Assembly (NCBI GenBank): GCA_964016885.1
Contig: OZ024758.1
Location: 18,352,001 to 18,416,000 of the forward strand
Direction: 5' to 3'
Length of the DNA: 64,000 nt
Source: Eledone cirrhosa
Lineage: Eukaryota
The position numbers were made by a program, and so were the translations under genes. The notes under the pieces were generated by a model that saw only the letters and a program-made list of their open reading frames with translations, did no database searches and was not told where the DNA came from. Below are positions 60,757 to 64,000 of the stretch, in pieces; position 1 is the first letter of the stretch; each line of letters opens with the position of its first letter.

Positions 60757-61040
60757 GGTTCGTGGAAACGTTCCCTAGCAAAGAACGGAAAACACGAAGA
60801 TAATACGTCATTATTTGGAGCGGAAAAAACAATTACACGCAAAGACGAAACCACGTTCATGGTTTAAATGAAGTGGTAGACTAATATTCTATTATGCGGT
60901 TCGTGGAGACGTTCCCTGGCAATGAACGGAACAAACGAAGATAATACGTCGTTATGTTGATCGTAGAGAACAATTATACGGAAAGACAAAACCACGTTTA
61001 TGGTATAACTGAAGTCGTAGACTCTAATTCTAATTAGGAA
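60757..61040. repeat. Diverged tandem duplication (about 141 bp x2) in the PLE 3' region
   Basis: ggttcgtgga.acgttccct.gcaa.gaacggaa at 60757 and 60899. Confidence 0.8.
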
Positions 61041-61744
61041 ACCGATGGATTCTCGGCTTCGGAGTAAATACATTACAGAGGTTATTGAACTCAACAATAA
61101 TTAAATATATACATGCACGCATCCATATACGTACATACACATGCATACGCGAAAACACCCGCCACGGGTAAGCTAATAGAGGCACGTACACAAAACACGC
61201 GCTCACATATAAAAGCCCGCTCAACGACTGTACCCGCACACATACACCAAAAACACATAAAACATATATAAAAAAACATAAAAAAATATATATACATGTG
61301 TGTGTGTGCGCGCGTATACATATAATTATATCACCTTATAAATATAAACACATAAATACGTATATAACGCGCGCGCACACACACCTACATGCAAATACAC
61401 ATATGTTCGCTAAACGTATGTCAACCAAAACACAAAGTACACATATACTCCCATCCTACATACGTGCAAACTCGCATACACACAGAAACGCAAAACTCAC
61501 GTATACACACCACCATATACACATGTACCAGTATATATATAATATAATATATACGCCTATAACAAATACAAGCAAATATACGTACGAGAAAGTATACGTA
61601 CTTTCACAAAACATACTGGTAATATCAATACAAATAAGTAATGGTATAAACATAAAATATACTTTGCTACCGCATCAAGACGTAAGTTATCCGCGTATAG
61701 TTCGTACTATCAGTTAGGGTATAAAGTGGGGCTGTTATACAGGA

Positions 61745-62469
61745 AAGTTTTGTGCAATTTAAGTTTACAAGCCGAAATTGCCTCAGATTATTTGTTTAAT
61801 ATGTGGTCATTGGCGTCGAGTATTACCAGCGCTTCAGCGGCGCAGAGGTCACATGGTCTTTTATTTCCGTTATACGATCTAGGCTAGCTAGGATCTCCCA
61901 GTGTAACTTATATTGGGTGTGGTTGTCTTTTAGACTCCAGATATAAGCTGAACATGATGTCATATTCATTCTTAAAGACGCTGCTTGAATCTATTGGAGG
62001 TTAACCCTAGGTAGGCCCTACAGGACGTGGGTGTCTCAACCTCACATTCGTAGACAATGTTACTAGAGAGGCATTTGTCGGATAGAGGGAAATTCAACCC
62101 GATTCCTACAATTACAGTTAGTACTAGGTACAGGGTTGCACGTATTCCTACGACTAGGTAATTTAGTTAAATTTGAAGCAGTGATGTTACGTGCAAAGTT
62201 AGGAGTCGTAGAGTAAGACATTTTAATGGTATTTCTATTAAAAATGTTATATATTTATTCGCTGGGGGGAAAGGCTTCAAAATCTTAGCTAATGGTGTGG
62301 CCACCTCCATATTATATGGTTGGTTATACCATATAATACGTCGGGATCTATTTTTCCTAGGTCTATTCTCATACTCAATATATGCTACATTATCGATAAA
62401 TCCACTCCGAGCAAGAGCTTCATTGTAATATGTGGAATGGTCGGTGAAAATGTGCTCGTTTGTGGATTT
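61745..62469 (-). pseudogene. Penelope-like RT thumb plus GIY-YIG endonuclease, frameshifted
   Basis: KSTNEHIF..YYNEALARSGF..KNRSRRIIWYNQPY..FPP / IFNRNTIKMSYS..CNCRN / LSDKCLSSNIVYECEV..AYLGLTSNRFKQR / YIWSLK..W..CDLC..E..ILNK*SE.ISAC. Confidence 0.9.
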
Positions 62470-62474
62470 TTTTT

Positions 62475-62525
62475 AGTTTCAGAAGATCCCGTTAAGGGTG
62501 AAAGCAGCGATTCTTTGCTTAAACT
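62475..62525 (+). ncRNA. Family A hammerhead-like motif (CAGAAGA core) in the inverted pLTR
   Basis: agttt-CAGAAGA-tccc(gttaa)gggt-GAAA-gca(gcgattctt)tgc-TT-aaact; all three stems pair. Confidence 0.75.
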
Positions 62526-64000
62526 TTAATCTGTTATTTTAATAAATAATTTATATATATATATATATATATATATATGCAGACATGCATACACACATAA
62601 TGCTCCAGCATTTTTAGGAATCAGCAATCTATGTTAATCAGAGAAGAGATCGAAGCACGCATTCAATCTCAGGGTATAATCAAGACGTACATTCAAAGAT
62701 TGCGACTCAAAATTTATCGTACGAATATGACGAGATTTAACTAAAGAATTGCTCACATTATTTGCTACTCATTAAAACGTATTACCGGCAAGAAAGAATT
62801 TCACATATTCAGCTATTTCGCTTTTGTTATATGTTTATTTTACCACGCATGCCTTGCCGAACACAGTGGCTAATTGCTTGCACGGTCTCAGCATTTTGCT
62901 TGATATATACTAAGATAATTACCGACCATCACGATAAGAGAAGATGCTTATCCAAGTATATCGTGCAATGTGCTTAACCCTGAACGTCATGCATATAAAG
63001 CAAAGCACTTAAATATAGTTTCGTATACGAAATGTTTATTGTAATTCGTAATTATGCTTATTTAAACACATTAACTAGAGATCTCCTAAAACAGATTCAG
63101 TGGTGTAAATTTAAAGCGAAGTTGATTGTGAGTTGTAAAGTTCGACGTCACTTAAATAACTTCCGTTAGTTCTGTGTACGATTTATAACCGTATATTTTG
63201 TCAAGGTTTTGTTGTATCCATCACATATATTGGGTTTTGTTCTTTAAATTGAAACAGTTTTCCAGCAGGTACAAAGTGTATATTAAGATTAAAAGAGAGT
63301 TTTTCTTGCTAGGTTTAGATTGCCAACATATAGTGAATACAACCATTTGCCAAACAAATTCAGGGAACATATAGTAAAGCATTTAGAACTCATTAATCGC
63401 ATATGGAAAGAAAGATTCAGTGGACACAACCTATGGTCTAATGACACATAATGCACATAAAGAGAGATTGATTACAATTTATAGTACAGCAAATATCGGT
63501 CAACGTACAGCAGACATGAATATATTGCGAAATACTACACCCGCAAAAACACTTAAAAGCTACTTGTATATTATTAGACAATGATACACTGAATACAACT
63601 AAGAATAGAAATAATTTTATTTAAATTACAACGGATATATTAATAGCGATTCAAGCAGAATTAATTTTTGATTGAAGAGATTTAGGTGATATAACTTATA
63701 GATATGTGATATTCAATAAAACAATTTACATTTAATTGAAATGTCCACAAGCTATACGGTATTTTACTGTTTTGATGAAATTCGCGATAATGTTTGGAAA
63801 TAAAGAATTTTACTATATTTGGTATTCACCAGGATTTTCAGGAACGGACAGCAATAAAAGTCAATGTTTGTTCCAGTATTTAAATCCTGTATGTTAGCTT
63901 ATTCGAACATTCAAATGAAGAATTATTTTCAGTCGTAGGTTAATATGTTGCTTTATATACTTAAGGTTTTAAAAACATGATTTATAAATGACAAAAAGAG

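Larger units (their letters stand above)
60612..62545 (-). mobile_element. 5'-truncated Penelope-like retroelement with a 3' pLTR hammerhead and an inverted 5' pLTR fragment
   Basis: ORF remnant 62469-61745; HHR at 60628-60678 (sense) and inverted at 62475-62525; (TA)n at 62552-62578. Confidence 0.85.

Overview
Very AT-rich eukaryotic DNA packed with microsatellites. The (TA)n/(CA)n/(GA)n/(TAA)n density and the SINE family resemble octopus/cephalopod genomes (inference). No host protein-coding exon can be supported; nearly all ORF-track entries are microsatellite read-throughs. Recognisable content: about 20 copies or fragments of tRNA-type SINEs, a Dong/R4-type LINE 3' end in (TAA)n, a degraded R4-like RT, a CR1/L2 3' end, two piggyBac-like MITEs, and a frameshifted Penelope-like element (PLE; RT thumb plus GIY-YIG, minus strand, 60.6-62.5 kb). 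The main hidden signal is a set of type I hammerhead ribozyme (HHR) motifs from at least six unrelated short repeat families, mostly sitting in (TA)n. These include a 465-bp tandem array with one HHR per unit (retrozyme-like), a diverged homologue showing stem covariation, non-canonical cores (CAGAAGA, CCGACGA), and many foldback elements whose inverted arms begin inside HHR stem II. All folds were read by eye; no activity is shown.
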